Shown: positions 41,853 to 50,649 of the stretch, one piece after another | How positions within the stretch are numbered: position 1 is the stretch's first letter | Layout of the letters: the number at the start of each line of letters is the position of its first letter | Source of the DNA: Bacteroidota bacterium | GTDB lineage: Bacteria > Bacteroidota > Bacteroidia > Flavobacteriales_D > Crocinitomicaceae | Assembly: GCA_046046325.1 (NCBI GenBank) | Contig: JBJOJZ010000079.1 | Span: 7,274-71,273 of the forward strand | DNA: 64,000 nucleotides | Direction of reading: 5' to 3' | Made by a program: the position numbers and the translations under genes | Notes under the pieces: model-generated | Database searches by the model: none | Told to the model about the DNA's origin: nothing | Seen by the model: the letters and a program-made list of their open reading frames with translations, nothing else

Positions 41853-43115
41853 ATGAAAGTTTTCAAATTTGGTGGTGCATCTGTAAAAAATAGTGCGGCT
41901 TTAAAGAATGTCGTAAAGATCATACGCAGGTTCGAAGATCGCTTATTCATAGTGGTATCCGCTATGGATAAAACCACGAACCGTTTAGAGGAGGTAGTAA
42001 AACATCTATTAGCTCGGGATGCTGCTTCATTTGAGGTTTCCATAAGGGTGGTTGAAGAATTTCATCAAACCGTAATTGAAGCTTTAGATTTACAGGACTC
42101 TGAAGTTTTAAAGCAAGAAATTAAAGATTTATTTGATGTATTACGTAAGCGATACCATGCTCCGATTTCCGAACATTTAGGGTTTGAGTACGATCAAATT
42201 GTTTCATTGGGAGAAGTGCTTTCCTCTAAAATTTTAGCTCATGTACTTTTAACAGAAAAGGTAGCAGCTCAATGGTTAGACGCCCGGCAACTGATACGAA
42301 CCGACAACCACTACAAGGAAGGCAATGTTGACTGGGATAAAACCACCCAAAAAATACAATCTTGTGTAGATCAATTTCCGAAGAAAACGTGCTTCATTAC
42401 CCAGGGCTTTATTGGACACACCTCCGAAGGATTTACCACCACGCTTGGACGTGAAGGGTCCGATTATTCAGCAGCTATTTTCGCGTACGCTTTAACAGCG
42501 CAAGACGTCACCATTTGGAAAGATGTCCCTGGAATGTTGAATGCGGATCCCAAGTTTTTCAGCAACACGCAACTGCTCAAATCAATTTCGTACAAAGAAG
42601 CAATAGAACTTGCTTACTTCGGTGCAAGCGTTATCCATCCCAAAACCGTAAAACCTTTACAAAATAAAAACATCAAGCTTTACATCAAGAGTTTTATCGA
42701 TCCGGAAAGCGAGGGTACTGTTATTCAATCCGAACAAGCACAAGACCAACTGATCCCATCGTTCATCGTTAAGAAACATCAAATACTCATTTCAATTTCC
42801 GCAAACGATTTCTCGTTCATCAACGAAGAAGCCTTGTCCAAGGTATTTGAACGGTTCTATTCTAATGCCATAAAAATCAATTTGATGCAAAATTCAGCTT
42901 TGAATTTTTCTACCTTAGTCGATGCCGATAAGGTTGACATGGAAAAGTTGATTGAACTTTTTAAACCAGAATTCAGCTGTAAATACAACGAAAATGTTGA
43001 ATTGCTTACCATCCGTCATTACACTCCAGAGATCATCGCTGATCTGATCGCAGGTAGAACGGTTCTATTGGAACAACGGTCACGGCAAACAGCGCGATTC
43101 GTTATGATGAAGTAA
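41853..43115 (+). CDS. aspartate kinase (monofunctional, C-terminal ACT-type region)
   Basis: KFGGASV N-terminal kinase motif, TLGREGSDYSAA and DVPGMLNADP. Length 420 aa. Confidence 0.88.
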   Translation: MKVFKFGGASVKNSAALKNVVKIIRRFEDRLFIVVSAMDKTTNRLEEVVKHLLARDAASFEVSIRVVEEFHQTVIEALDLQDSEVLKQEIKDLFDVLRKRYHAPISEHLGFEYDQIVSLGEVLSSKILAHVLLTEKVAAQWLDARQLIRTDNHYKEGNVDWDKTTQKIQSCVDQFPKKTCFITQGFIGHTSEGFTTTLGREGSDYSAAIFAYALTAQDVTIWKDVPGMLNADPKFFSNTQLLKSISYKEAIELAYFGASVIHPKTVKPLQNKNIKLYIKSFIDPESEGTVIQSEQAQDQLIPSFIVKKHQILISISANDFSFINEEALSKVFERFYSNAIKINLMQNSALNFSTLVDADKVDMEKLIELFKPEFSCKYNENVELLTIRHYTPEIIADLIAGRTVLLEQRSRQTARFVMMK

Positions 43116-43166
43116 ATACCGCTTTAATGGTATCCAATTAAATAGAATTCGCCCTAAATTTACGGC

Positions 43167-43394
43167 ATGAATCTTTCGGAAATCCCGAAGCGAACACGCG
43201 TAAAAATACTGGAAATCACCCAACCATTTCTGCGAACCAAATTAATGGAGATGGGCATTGTTCCTGGTGTAGAAATCACTTTAACGTTAAAGGCACCGTT
43301 TCGCGGCCCTATTGCTTTTGCCTATGGAAACACGCAAATTTCGATTCGATTCGAGGATGCTGCATTCATCATGGTTAACCCAATCGCCCCATGA
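43167..43394 (+). CDS. feoA: ferrous iron transport protein A
   Basis: 75-aa SH3-like FeoA (LMEMGIVPGVEI...). ATGA overlap with feoB. Confidence 0.8.
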   Translation: MNLSEIPKRTRVKILEITQPFLRTKLMEMGIVPGVEITLTLKAPFRGPIAFAYGNTQISIRFEDAAFIMVNPIAP

Positions 43395-45337
43395 ATCTTT
43401 TATTATTTGGCAATCCAAATTGCGGTAAAAGCACCCTGTTTAACCTTTTAACAGGAATGCGTCAAAAGATTGGGAATTTCCCCGGAGTAACCGTCGACAA
43501 AAAAACGGGATCGGTAATTATAAATGGCCAAACACTCCCCATAACGGACTATCCCGGGATTTACAGCATTTATCCTAAAAGCACGGAGGAGCAGGTGGTC
43601 TTTGATGCTTTAAAAAAGTTGAAGCCCTTGGAAGAAACCATCGTTGGTTTAGTCGTGGTTGATGCATCCAATCTTGAACGGGGCTTGTTTTTGTTATCCC
43701 AATTGGCGGATTTGAAGATTCCCTTGGTGCTGGTCGTAAACATGATTGATCTTGCCGAACGAAACGGAATTACTCTTGACGAAAAGGCTTTAATGCGAGC
43801 GCTTCCTTCAACCCCTGTGGTATTAATGAATGCAAGAGTTGGACTAGGTAAAGAGCGGCTATTACAAGCCATAGCATTGCAAATAAAAGAGCAATCGATG
43901 GAAAAGTACTTTTCCATAAGCGAAGGAATTTTGGACATGCAAGATTTTTCTCATCAAGAGGCTGATGCTCAAAACCGTTCTAACAAAGTAAAAGTTCTTT
44001 ATGACCAGGTGATACATGTAAAAGAAAAGGTATCAAAGAAACGAGATATTGATAGATGGCTTACCCATCCAATTTGGGGTTATGTTATTTTTTCCGGATT
44101 TCTCATTGCCATTTTTCAAGCCGTATTTTCCTTGTCGGCAATACCCATGGATGCCATTGAGCAAGGACTTCAGTGGGTCTCTTTAGAATTGGAAAAGAAC
44201 TTGCCGGAGGGCGCTATGCAAGCATTAATCTGTGGCGGGATCATTCCGGGAATAACAGGCGTGGTTGTATTCATTCCTCAAATCGGCTTGCTGTTCTTTT
44301 TCATCGCATTAATGGAAGATTCCGGCTACCTCTCGCGAGCAGTTTTTATCATGGACCGCTTGGTAAGACCCTTTGGCATGAACGGAAGAAGCGTGGTCCC
44401 TTTGCTATCGAGCATGGCTTGTGCAATACCAGGGATACTGGCAACCCGAGGCATCCCAAATTCCAAAGAACGGCTCATTACCTTGTTCGTGACCCCTCTC
44501 ATGAGTTGTAGTGCTCGAATTCCTGTGTACACCTTGCTCATTTCCGTCGTAATTCCTTCCAAAAAAATTTTCGGAATCATGCAATTGCAGGGCTTGGTAC
44601 TTTTTGCCTTGTACGCTCTCGGGATTATCGCCGCATTGTTCGTGTCATGGTTGATGCATCGACTGCTAAAGCAAGACAAACGTTCCATTTATCTGATGGA
44701 AATGCCAGATTTTAAGCCCCCGCATTGGAGAAATATTTTCACGACAATATTCGATAAGATTAAAGTTTTTGTGCTCGAAGCGGGAGGTATAATCCTCGCC
44801 TTATCCATTGTGATTTGGGCTTTGTCGAATTACGGCCCAATGGACGAACGGAAAATGGCGGTAAAACACTTAGAACAAATGAAGGACTATCAAACGTCGT
44901 CCCCACAGCAAAAGGAAAGGTTAACGCGTTCTGTTTTATTGGAACACTCGTATCTCGGTAAATTTGGAAAGGGATTGGAACCTGTTATTGCACCCTTAGG
45001 GTATGATTGGAAAATCGGCATCGCCATTGGTTCGTCGTTTTTAGCTCGAGAGGTATTTGTTGGTACTTTATCCACCTTACATGCACACGATGAATCTTCT
45101 GGAAACTTCAGTTTACGGGAAAAGTTAAGAAATGAAAGAAATCCTGATGGATCGAGAAAATTCACCCTAGCTTCTGGAATTTCACTAATGGTGTTTTATG
45201 TATTTGCCCTTCAGTGCCTCTCCACTTTAGCCGTTTCGCGAAGGGAAACTGGTTCCTGGAAAATTCCCGTATTGCAACTTTTACTTTACGGATTGTTTGC
45301 CTACGGAGCCGCCTTAGTTTGCTATCAATTATTCTAA
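43391..45337 (+). CDS. feoB: ferrous iron transport protein B
   Basis: N-terminal G domain (GNPNCGKSTLFNLLTG; DYPGIYS; NMID) followed by a polytopic membrane domain. Confidence 0.9.
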   Translation: MNLLLFGNPNCGKSTLFNLLTGMRQKIGNFPGVTVDKKTGSVIINGQTLPITDYPGIYSIYPKSTEEQVVFDALKKLKPLEETIVGLVVVDASNLERGLFLLSQLADLKIPLVLVVNMIDLAERNGITLDEKALMRALPSTPVVLMNARVGLGKERLLQAIALQIKEQSMEKYFSISEGILDMQDFSHQEADAQNRSNKVKVLYDQVIHVKEKVSKKRDIDRWLTHPIWGYVIFSGFLIAIFQAVFSLSAIPMDAIEQGLQWVSLELEKNLPEGAMQALICGGIIPGITGVVVFIPQIGLLFFFIALMEDSGYLSRAVFIMDRLVRPFGMNGRSVVPLLSSMACAIPGILATRGIPNSKERLITLFVTPLMSCSARIPVYTLLISVVIPSKKIFGIMQLQGLVLFALYALGIIAALFVSWLMHRLLKQDKRSIYLMEMPDFKPPHWRNIFTTIFDKIKVFVLEAGGIILALSIVIWALSNYGPMDERKMAVKHLEQMKDYQTSSPQQKERLTRSVLLEHSYLGKFGKGLEPVIAPLGYDWKIGIAIGSSFLAREVFVGTLSTLHAHDESSGNFSLREKLRNERNPDGSRKFTLASGISLMVFYVFALQCLSTLAVSRRETGSWKIPVLQLLLYGLFAYGAALVCYQLF

Positions 45338-45358
45338 CGGAAATCCCTAATTTAGCAC

Positions 45359-45481
45359 ATGATTCAAAACGGTTTAGTTGCAGGGGTCGTACTTTTGGCA
45401 TTCGTTTATTTGATACGGCGTTTTTTGTTTAAAAAAGCAAGTTGTGACCGTTGTGGAATGGAATCCACCAAAAAGCCATAA
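45359..45481 (+). CDS. FeoB-associated Cys-rich membrane peptide (40 aa; not in the supplied track)
   Basis: Hand translation: MIQNGLVAGVVLLAFVYLIRRFLFKKASCDRCGMESTKKP*. One TM helix, a basic patch and CxxC, placed 21 nt after the feoB stop, as in the Bacteroidota family of that name. Confidence 0.65.
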   Translation: MIQNGLVAGVVLLAFVYLIRRFLFKKASCDRCGMESTKKP

Positions 45482-45485
45482 ATGC

Positions 45486-46517
45486 ATGGAAAATTATTGC
45501 GAATTATACAAATACAACCATTGTTTTTATGCGATAAAACGAGAATCCATCACCTATTTCTCGTCCGACTTTTTGGAGGCAGAATTGGATCAAGATCACT
45601 TAAGTTGGCTGAATATTCATGGTTTATCGGACCGACAAGCCATTGTGCAATTGTGCAATAAACTGAATATCGAGAAAATTAGCATCGAAAACATCTACAT
45701 CAAACATCGACGCCCCAAGGTAGAAGAATACCCTAGCTACCTATATTTTAGCGTGATATTCGTTCGAAGTATTCTTGGAGACGCAGAACATTTCGAAGAA
45801 GACCAGGTGACATTTTTTCTGGGTCAAGATTACCTGATCACCATGCAAACCAAATTAAACCGTTACTTTGATTCTGTTCGCGACCGAATTGAAAAGGCTA
45901 AAGGTAAAATTCGATCTCAAAAATCAGATTTTCTGTTGTACCGTTGCATGGAGGCGATCCTAGACAATTATTATGCGATTGTCGATGAGGTTATTGGGGT
46001 TACGGATCAACTGGAGAAGCGATTGCATCAACACGAAGATAAAGCCATTTTGCATGACATAGAAGCTCAAAAGCGAAAGTTAATTCAGCTTCGGATTATT
46101 GCAAGACCTTTACGCGATATTACCGAACAAATTTCCAACAGCGAGGGGACGTTAATTCAGCAAGACAACCTGCGTTATTTTCGAAACTTGAATAACCACA
46201 GCAACAATCTCATTACAGAAATCGACGGACAAATTCAGATTTTAGATGGCTTGGCAAACTTTTATTACGCTGCCCAAGGTCAAAGGATGAACGAAATCAT
46301 GAAAACCCTTACCATAGTTAGTGCGATTTTTATTCCATTAACCTTTATTGCTGGTTTGTACGGGATGAATTTCGAAAACATGCCCGAACTTAAAATGAAA
46401 AATGCGTATTTCGTGGTCTTGGGTATCATGGCTTCGATTGGGGTCATTTTGTTCCTTTATTTCCTCCGTCGCGGATGGATCAAACGCAGCGATTATTCTG
46501 GAGAAGACGATCGATAG
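45486..46517 (+). CDS. corA: magnesium/cobalt transporter CorA
   Basis: YGMNF signature before the last TM. The ATG at 45486 (MENYCELYKY) is preferred over the GTG at 45444, which overlaps the small feoB-associated ORF. Confidence 0.85.
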   Translation: MENYCELYKYNHCFYAIKRESITYFSSDFLEAELDQDHLSWLNIHGLSDRQAIVQLCNKLNIEKISIENIYIKHRRPKVEEYPSYLYFSVIFVRSILGDAEHFEEDQVTFFLGQDYLITMQTKLNRYFDSVRDRIEKAKGKIRSQKSDFLLYRCMEAILDNYYAIVDEVIGVTDQLEKRLHQHEDKAILHDIEAQKRKLIQLRIIARPLRDITEQISNSEGTLIQQDNLRYFRNLNNHSNNLITEIDGQIQILDGLANFYYAAQGQRMNEIMKTLTIVSAIFIPLTFIAGLYGMNFENMPELKMKNAYFVVLGIMASIGVILFLYFLRRGWIKRSDYSGEDDR

Positions 46518-46520
46518 ACC

Positions 46521-47207
46521 ATGGACTTGAACGAATACCTTTACGGTTGTTTCCAATCCTTGTTAACACCGCACAAAGCGCAATTATTCGAACGTGTTGC
46601 ATCTGAGCGTACTCGTTATGTAACAGTAGTGCTCGAGGACTTATTTCAAGAACACAATGCCTCAGCGGTGATAAGAACCTGCGAGTGTTTTGGCATTCAA
46701 GACCTTTACGCCATTGAGGATAAAAACAAATATACGTTGCAACGAAAAGTTGCACGAGGTGCAGGGCAATGGATCGATTTGCATCGATTTACGGAGCGAG
46801 AAAAGGCTACTCAACAAGCCATCAACCATCTAAAATCAAAGGGCTATAAAATTGTTGCAACATCTCCCCACGCACAGGCTTTTACCCCGGAAACATTGCC
46901 CATAGCTGATCCCATTGCCCTATGTTTTGGAACGGAACGTTTGGGATTGTCAACCATCATGCTAGAACAGGCGGACTACCATGTAAAAATACCAATGTAT
47001 GGATTCACGGAGAGTTTCAACCTATCTGTATCGGTAGCTCTTTTACTACAGGGCCTCAAGTCGCGATTGAATGCAGCACCCGTTGATTGGAGTTTAAGCC
47101 ATGAAGATCAACTTGCTTTAAAAATTGAGTGGAGTAAACGTATGTTGAATGGTGGAGAAATGCTCGAAAAACAATTCAGCAAAGCTTATTTCGAAAAAGA
47201 ATTTTAA
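46521..47207 (+). CDS. TrmH/SpoU-family RNA 2'-O-methyltransferase
   Basis: SpoU motifs (HNASAVIRTCECFG; GTERLGLS; IPMYGFTESFNLSVSVA). Confidence 0.8.
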   Translation: MDLNEYLYGCFQSLLTPHKAQLFERVASERTRYVTVVLEDLFQEHNASAVIRTCECFGIQDLYAIEDKNKYTLQRKVARGAGQWIDLHRFTEREKATQQAINHLKSKGYKIVATSPHAQAFTPETLPIADPIALCFGTERLGLSTIMLEQADYHVKIPMYGFTESFNLSVSVALLLQGLKSRLNAAPVDWSLSHEDQLALKIEWSKRMLNGGEMLEKQFSKAYFEKEF

Positions 47208-47212
47208 CTTTG
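47205..47212 (+). promoter_or_regulatory. candidate -7 box for the THX gene
   Basis: TAACTTTG, overlapping the upstream stop codon. 24 nt to the ATG. Confidence 0.4.
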
Positions 47213-47236
47213 TTATACTAACTAAAACTAAAAATT

Positions 47237-47443
47237 ATGGGAAAAGGAGATAAGAAAACAGCCAAAGGCAAACGCGTTATTGGTTCTTACGGAAATGTTA
47301 GAAAACGCAAAACGAGTAAAGTAATTGTTGCTTCTGCAAAAACCGAAAAGGCAGAAAAGAGCCCAACCAAAAAAGCAGAGGGCAAAGCAGCGGCACCGAA
47401 GGCGGCAAAGAAAACTACCAAGGCTCCCAAAGCAGACGCTTAA
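47237..47443 (+). CDS. 30S ribosomal protein THX with Lys/Ala-rich C-terminal tail
   Basis: N-terminus MGKGDKKTAKGKRVIGSYGNVRKRK matches the THX signature (GKGD..T..GK...G.YG..R.RK). The rest is a KA-rich low-complexity tail. Confidence 0.7.
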   Translation: MGKGDKKTAKGKRVIGSYGNVRKRKTSKVIVASAKTEKAEKSPTKKAEGKAAAPKAAKKTTKAPKADA

Positions 47444-47478
47444 ATTATTGATATTAATCCCATCAACAACCAACAACC

Positions 47479-48543
47479 ATGAAATATAATTTCGGTGCCG
47501 GACCTTGTATTTTACCGCAGGCAGTTTTTCAAGAAGCCGCAGCGGGTGTGCTCGATTTCAATGGTCTATCTATTCTAGAAGTCTCCCACCGCCACAAAGA
47601 TTTTGTTGCTGTTATGGATGAAGCCATCTCCCTTACCAAGGAAGCGCTTGGAGTTCCTGAAGGGTACTCGGTGGCCTTTGTGCAAGGCGGGGCAACACTT
47701 GGGTTTACCATCGCAGCCTTAAACATGATGCGCGATCGCAAAACGGCAGGCTACATGAATACAGGAACGTGGGCATCCGGAGCCATAAAAGAAGCCAAAA
47801 AAGTAGGCGTTGATGTGAATGTCTTTGCCAGTTCGGAAGATAAAAATTTCACGTATATCCCCAAAAACTATTCAATACCCGAAGGATTAGATTACGTTCA
47901 TTTTACCTCAAATAACACCATTTACGGAACCCAATTTCACGCATTTCCAGCCACTGATCACCCTTTAGTTTGCGATATGTCTTCGGACATTTTCTCGAAG
48001 CAAATTAACGTGGCAGATTTTGATTTGATTTATGCGGGAGCCCAGAAAAACCTAGGTCCGGCTGGAGCTACGCTTTACATCGTAAAGGATGAAGTGTTAG
48101 GAAAATCTACTTCGCCATTTTTACCAACCTATTTGGACTTAAAACAGCACGTTGAAAAAGAATCCATGATGAATACGCCTCCAGTGTTTTCGGTGTATGT
48201 AGCTATGCTCAATCTACGGGACTTAATCGCCCATGGTGGCGTTGCGTCCATGGAACAGCGCAACAATGCAAAGGCAGCACTTTTGTACGATGAAATCGAC
48301 CGAAACAGCCAATTCAAAGGAGCTGTAGCCACGGAGGATCGCTCTAAAATGAACGTAACATTTTTACTGAACGACGAAACCAGGGCTGCGGATTTTGATG
48401 CGCTTTGGAAGGGTGCGGGAATTGTTGGCCTTCCAGGACATCGTTCTGTAGGAGGATACCGTGCTTCGTTGTACAACGCGCTACCCATCGAAAGCGTACA
48501 AGTTTTGGTGGATGTAATGAAAGAATTTGAACGAAAGGCTTAA
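47479..48543 (+). CDS. serC: phosphoserine aminotransferase
   Basis: NFGAGPCILPQ N-terminus and PLP-lysine region (YAGAQKNLGPAG). Confidence 0.9.
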   Translation: MKYNFGAGPCILPQAVFQEAAAGVLDFNGLSILEVSHRHKDFVAVMDEAISLTKEALGVPEGYSVAFVQGGATLGFTIAALNMMRDRKTAGYMNTGTWASGAIKEAKKVGVDVNVFASSEDKNFTYIPKNYSIPEGLDYVHFTSNNTIYGTQFHAFPATDHPLVCDMSSDIFSKQINVADFDLIYAGAQKNLGPAGATLYIVKDEVLGKSTSPFLPTYLDLKQHVEKESMMNTPPVFSVYVAMLNLRDLIAHGGVASMEQRNNAKAALLYDEIDRNSQFKGAVATEDRSKMNVTFLLNDETRAADFDALWKGAGIVGLPGHRSVGGYRASLYNALPIESVQVLVDVMKEFERKA

Positions 48544-48545
48544 TC

Positions 48546-49499
48546 ATGAAAATTTTAGCAAACGACGGCATCTCAGAAGCCGGAAAAAAAGCCTTAGAAC
48601 AGGCAGGTTACCAAGTAATTACCGACAAAGTAGCGCAAGATGCGTTAGCGAACTACCTGCAAACCTACTCCATCGATATATTGTTGGTCCGAAGTGCTAC
48701 CACTGCTCGAAAAGAACTGATTGATGCCTGTCCTTCTTTAAAGTTAATTGGACGCGGAGGAGTCGGAATGGACAACATTGATGTTAATTACGCGAGGGAA
48801 AAAGGCCTTACTGTTATCAATACTCCCGCGTCTTCGTCACAATCCGTGGCAGAATTGGTAATGGGTCAAATGTTTTCTGTAGCCCGTTTCTTGCATGATT
48901 CCTACAAAAACATGGGATCTGGAGATTTCAACGCGCTCAAAAAAGCCTACGGTAAAGGAGTTGAATTGCGGGGAAAAACACTCGTTATAGTTGGTTTTGG
49001 CAGAATTGGTCAAGCTTTGGCATCCTATGCGTTAGGTGCGGGCATGAAGGTTATTGGCGTTGGCAAAGAGCGTGGCACGGTAGGAATAGGCTTAAGCATC
49101 GGTGAACATTCCCTCACAGTAGAGGTGCAATGCACCAACGACTTAAACGAAGTACTTCCACACGCCGATTACTTGTCGTTGCACGTTCCTAAACAACCCA
49201 ACGGGGATGCAGTCATTGGTGCAAATGAATTCTTGCGCATGAAAAAAGGCATTCGCATTGTCAATGCTGCACGCGGCGGTGTGATCGATGAAAACGCCTT
49301 GCTCGAAGCGTTGGAAAACGGGACGGTATCCTTTGCTGGTTTAGACGTTTATAACAACGAGCCCAACCCAGACCCAAGGTTATTAAACCATCCGAAAATT
49401 GCTTGTACTCCGCACATTGGTGCAGCTACTAACGAGGCTCAGGACCGTATTGGGGAGGAACTTGCTTCCCTAATTATCGCTCAATACGGCAAATTCTAG
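48546..49499 (+). CDS. serA: D-3-phosphoglycerate dehydrogenase (short form, no ACT domain)
   Basis: NAD fold GFGRIGQALA; 2-hydroxyacid dehydrogenase blocks (NAARGGVID, PHIGAAT). Follows serC. Confidence 0.85.
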   Translation: MKILANDGISEAGKKALEQAGYQVITDKVAQDALANYLQTYSIDILLVRSATTARKELIDACPSLKLIGRGGVGMDNIDVNYAREKGLTVINTPASSSQSVAELVMGQMFSVARFLHDSYKNMGSGDFNALKKAYGKGVELRGKTLVIVGFGRIGQALASYALGAGMKVIGVGKERGTVGIGLSIGEHSLTVEVQCTNDLNEVLPHADYLSLHVPKQPNGDAVIGANEFLRMKKGIRIVNAARGGVIDENALLEALENGTVSFAGLDVYNNEPNPDPRLLNHPKIACTPHIGAATNEAQDRIGEELASLIIAQYGKF

Positions 49500-49509
49500 G
49501 CTTAATAAA

Positions 49510-49962
49510 CTAAGCTGTTACGGTAATTTCGTTGATGCTATCGCCTTGAGTGATGCTATCCAACACATCTAATCCTTCGATCAATTTTCCAAAACAGGTA
49601 TGGTTTCGATCTAAGTGAGCTGTATTGTTACGCGAGTGGCAAACAAAAAACTGTGATCCTCCTGTATTTCTTCCCGCATGTGCCATAGAAAGTACTCCGC
49701 GGTCGTGGTATTGCAATTCACCGTCAAGTTCACAATTGATGTGGTAACCCGGGCCGCCCGTACCAGGCATTCCATGTGCGCCGTCACGGGTATTGGGACA
49801 ACCGCCTTGAATTACGAAATCAGGGATAACTCGATGGAATTTCAAACCATTGTAAAATCCTTCATCGGCTAATTTCTTGAAATTTGCTACCGTATTCGGA
49901 GCATCGTTTAGGTAAAGTTCGGCTACCATGGTGCCTTTTGAAGTGCTAATTGTCGCTTTCAT
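49510..49962 (-). CDS. cyclophilin-type peptidyl-prolyl isomerase
   Basis: [28 protein letters not shown]. Length 150 aa. Confidence 0.9.
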   Translation of the reverse strand: MKATISTSKGTMVAELYLNDAPNTVANFKKLADEGFYNGLKFHRVIPDFVIQGGCPNTRDGAHGMPGTGGPGYHINCELDGELQYHDRGVLSMAHAGRNTGGSQFFVCHSRNNTAHLDRNHTCFGKLIEGLDVLDSITQGDSINEITVTA

Positions 49963-49978
49963 TCCATTTAAATTTCAG

Positions 49979-49986
49979 CAAAAGTA
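49979..49986 (-). promoter_or_regulatory. candidate -7 box for the cyclophilin gene
   Basis: TACTTTTG on the minus strand. 16 nt to the ATG. Confidence 0.45.
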
Positions 49987-50057
49987 CAAACGATTTATGT
50001 TGAAAACTCGGTTAATAAGATAAAAGCAACAAAAAAATTCAGCGTGCTTTCAATTTC

Positions 50058-50065
50058 TATTTTTG
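50058..50065 (+). promoter_or_regulatory. candidate -7 box for the 178-aa gene
   Basis: TATTTTTG. 27 nt to the ATG. Confidence 0.4.
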
Positions 50066-50092
50066 TAAAAACCTTAATATTCGCTTAACGCA

Positions 50093-50629
50093 ATGTTTTC
50101 TAACTTTCTCAAGAAAAAACTCAACGAGGATCAAATCTCGAGCATTTTCATCAATGGAATCTTTGATGTGATTGACCGAGGCTTTACCACGGTATGCGAT
50201 TGCATTAACGAAGATCCATGTTTTGTTGCGTCACCGGGCATTGAGGCGAAGGCAGTTGATGAATTCGCGCTGATTGTAATTACGGCTAACATTGTTGAAA
50301 TGGAACGATTGTTTGACGGACATTCAGGAACTCGAACCATACAATTGATATACGAAAAGCTGGCTACGGCCTACAAAATGGAATCGTTGGAAATGCGTCA
50401 ACTCATTCAGGAGTATAAGCAATTCATGAAACGGGTGAATCTGCCTTCCAAAACCACCTTATATGCTATGTCGAAGGCGGTATTTCACAAATATGAACTG
50501 AACCAGTTCCAAGACGATTATTTCAAAAGAATGAATGCTCCGAATCCGGTGTTTTTAAAACGATTGGACGAACTCCTCAACAATTTCCTTTGGAATTGGG
50601 AATCGTTTTTTAAGAAGTATCGGTTTTAA
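50093..50629 (+). CDS. hypothetical protein (178 aa)
   Basis: ORF with a perfect -7 box 27 nt upstream. No motif recognised. Confidence 0.55.
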   Translation: MFSNFLKKKLNEDQISSIFINGIFDVIDRGFTTVCDCINEDPCFVASPGIEAKAVDEFALIVITANIVEMERLFDGHSGTRTIQLIYEKLATAYKMESLEMRQLIQEYKQFMKRVNLPSKTTLYAMSKAVFHKYELNQFQDDYFKRMNAPNPVFLKRLDELLNNFLWNWESFFKKYRF

Positions 50630-50649
50630 TGCTGACATACTACCCGAAA

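Noticed and set aside
45214-45432. 72-aa track ORF spanning the feoB 3' end and the feoB-corA spacer.
   Set aside because: It is out of frame with feoB and overlaps it by more than 120 nt. The 40-aa in-spacer ORF with a TM helix and CxxC (45359-45481) explains the region better.
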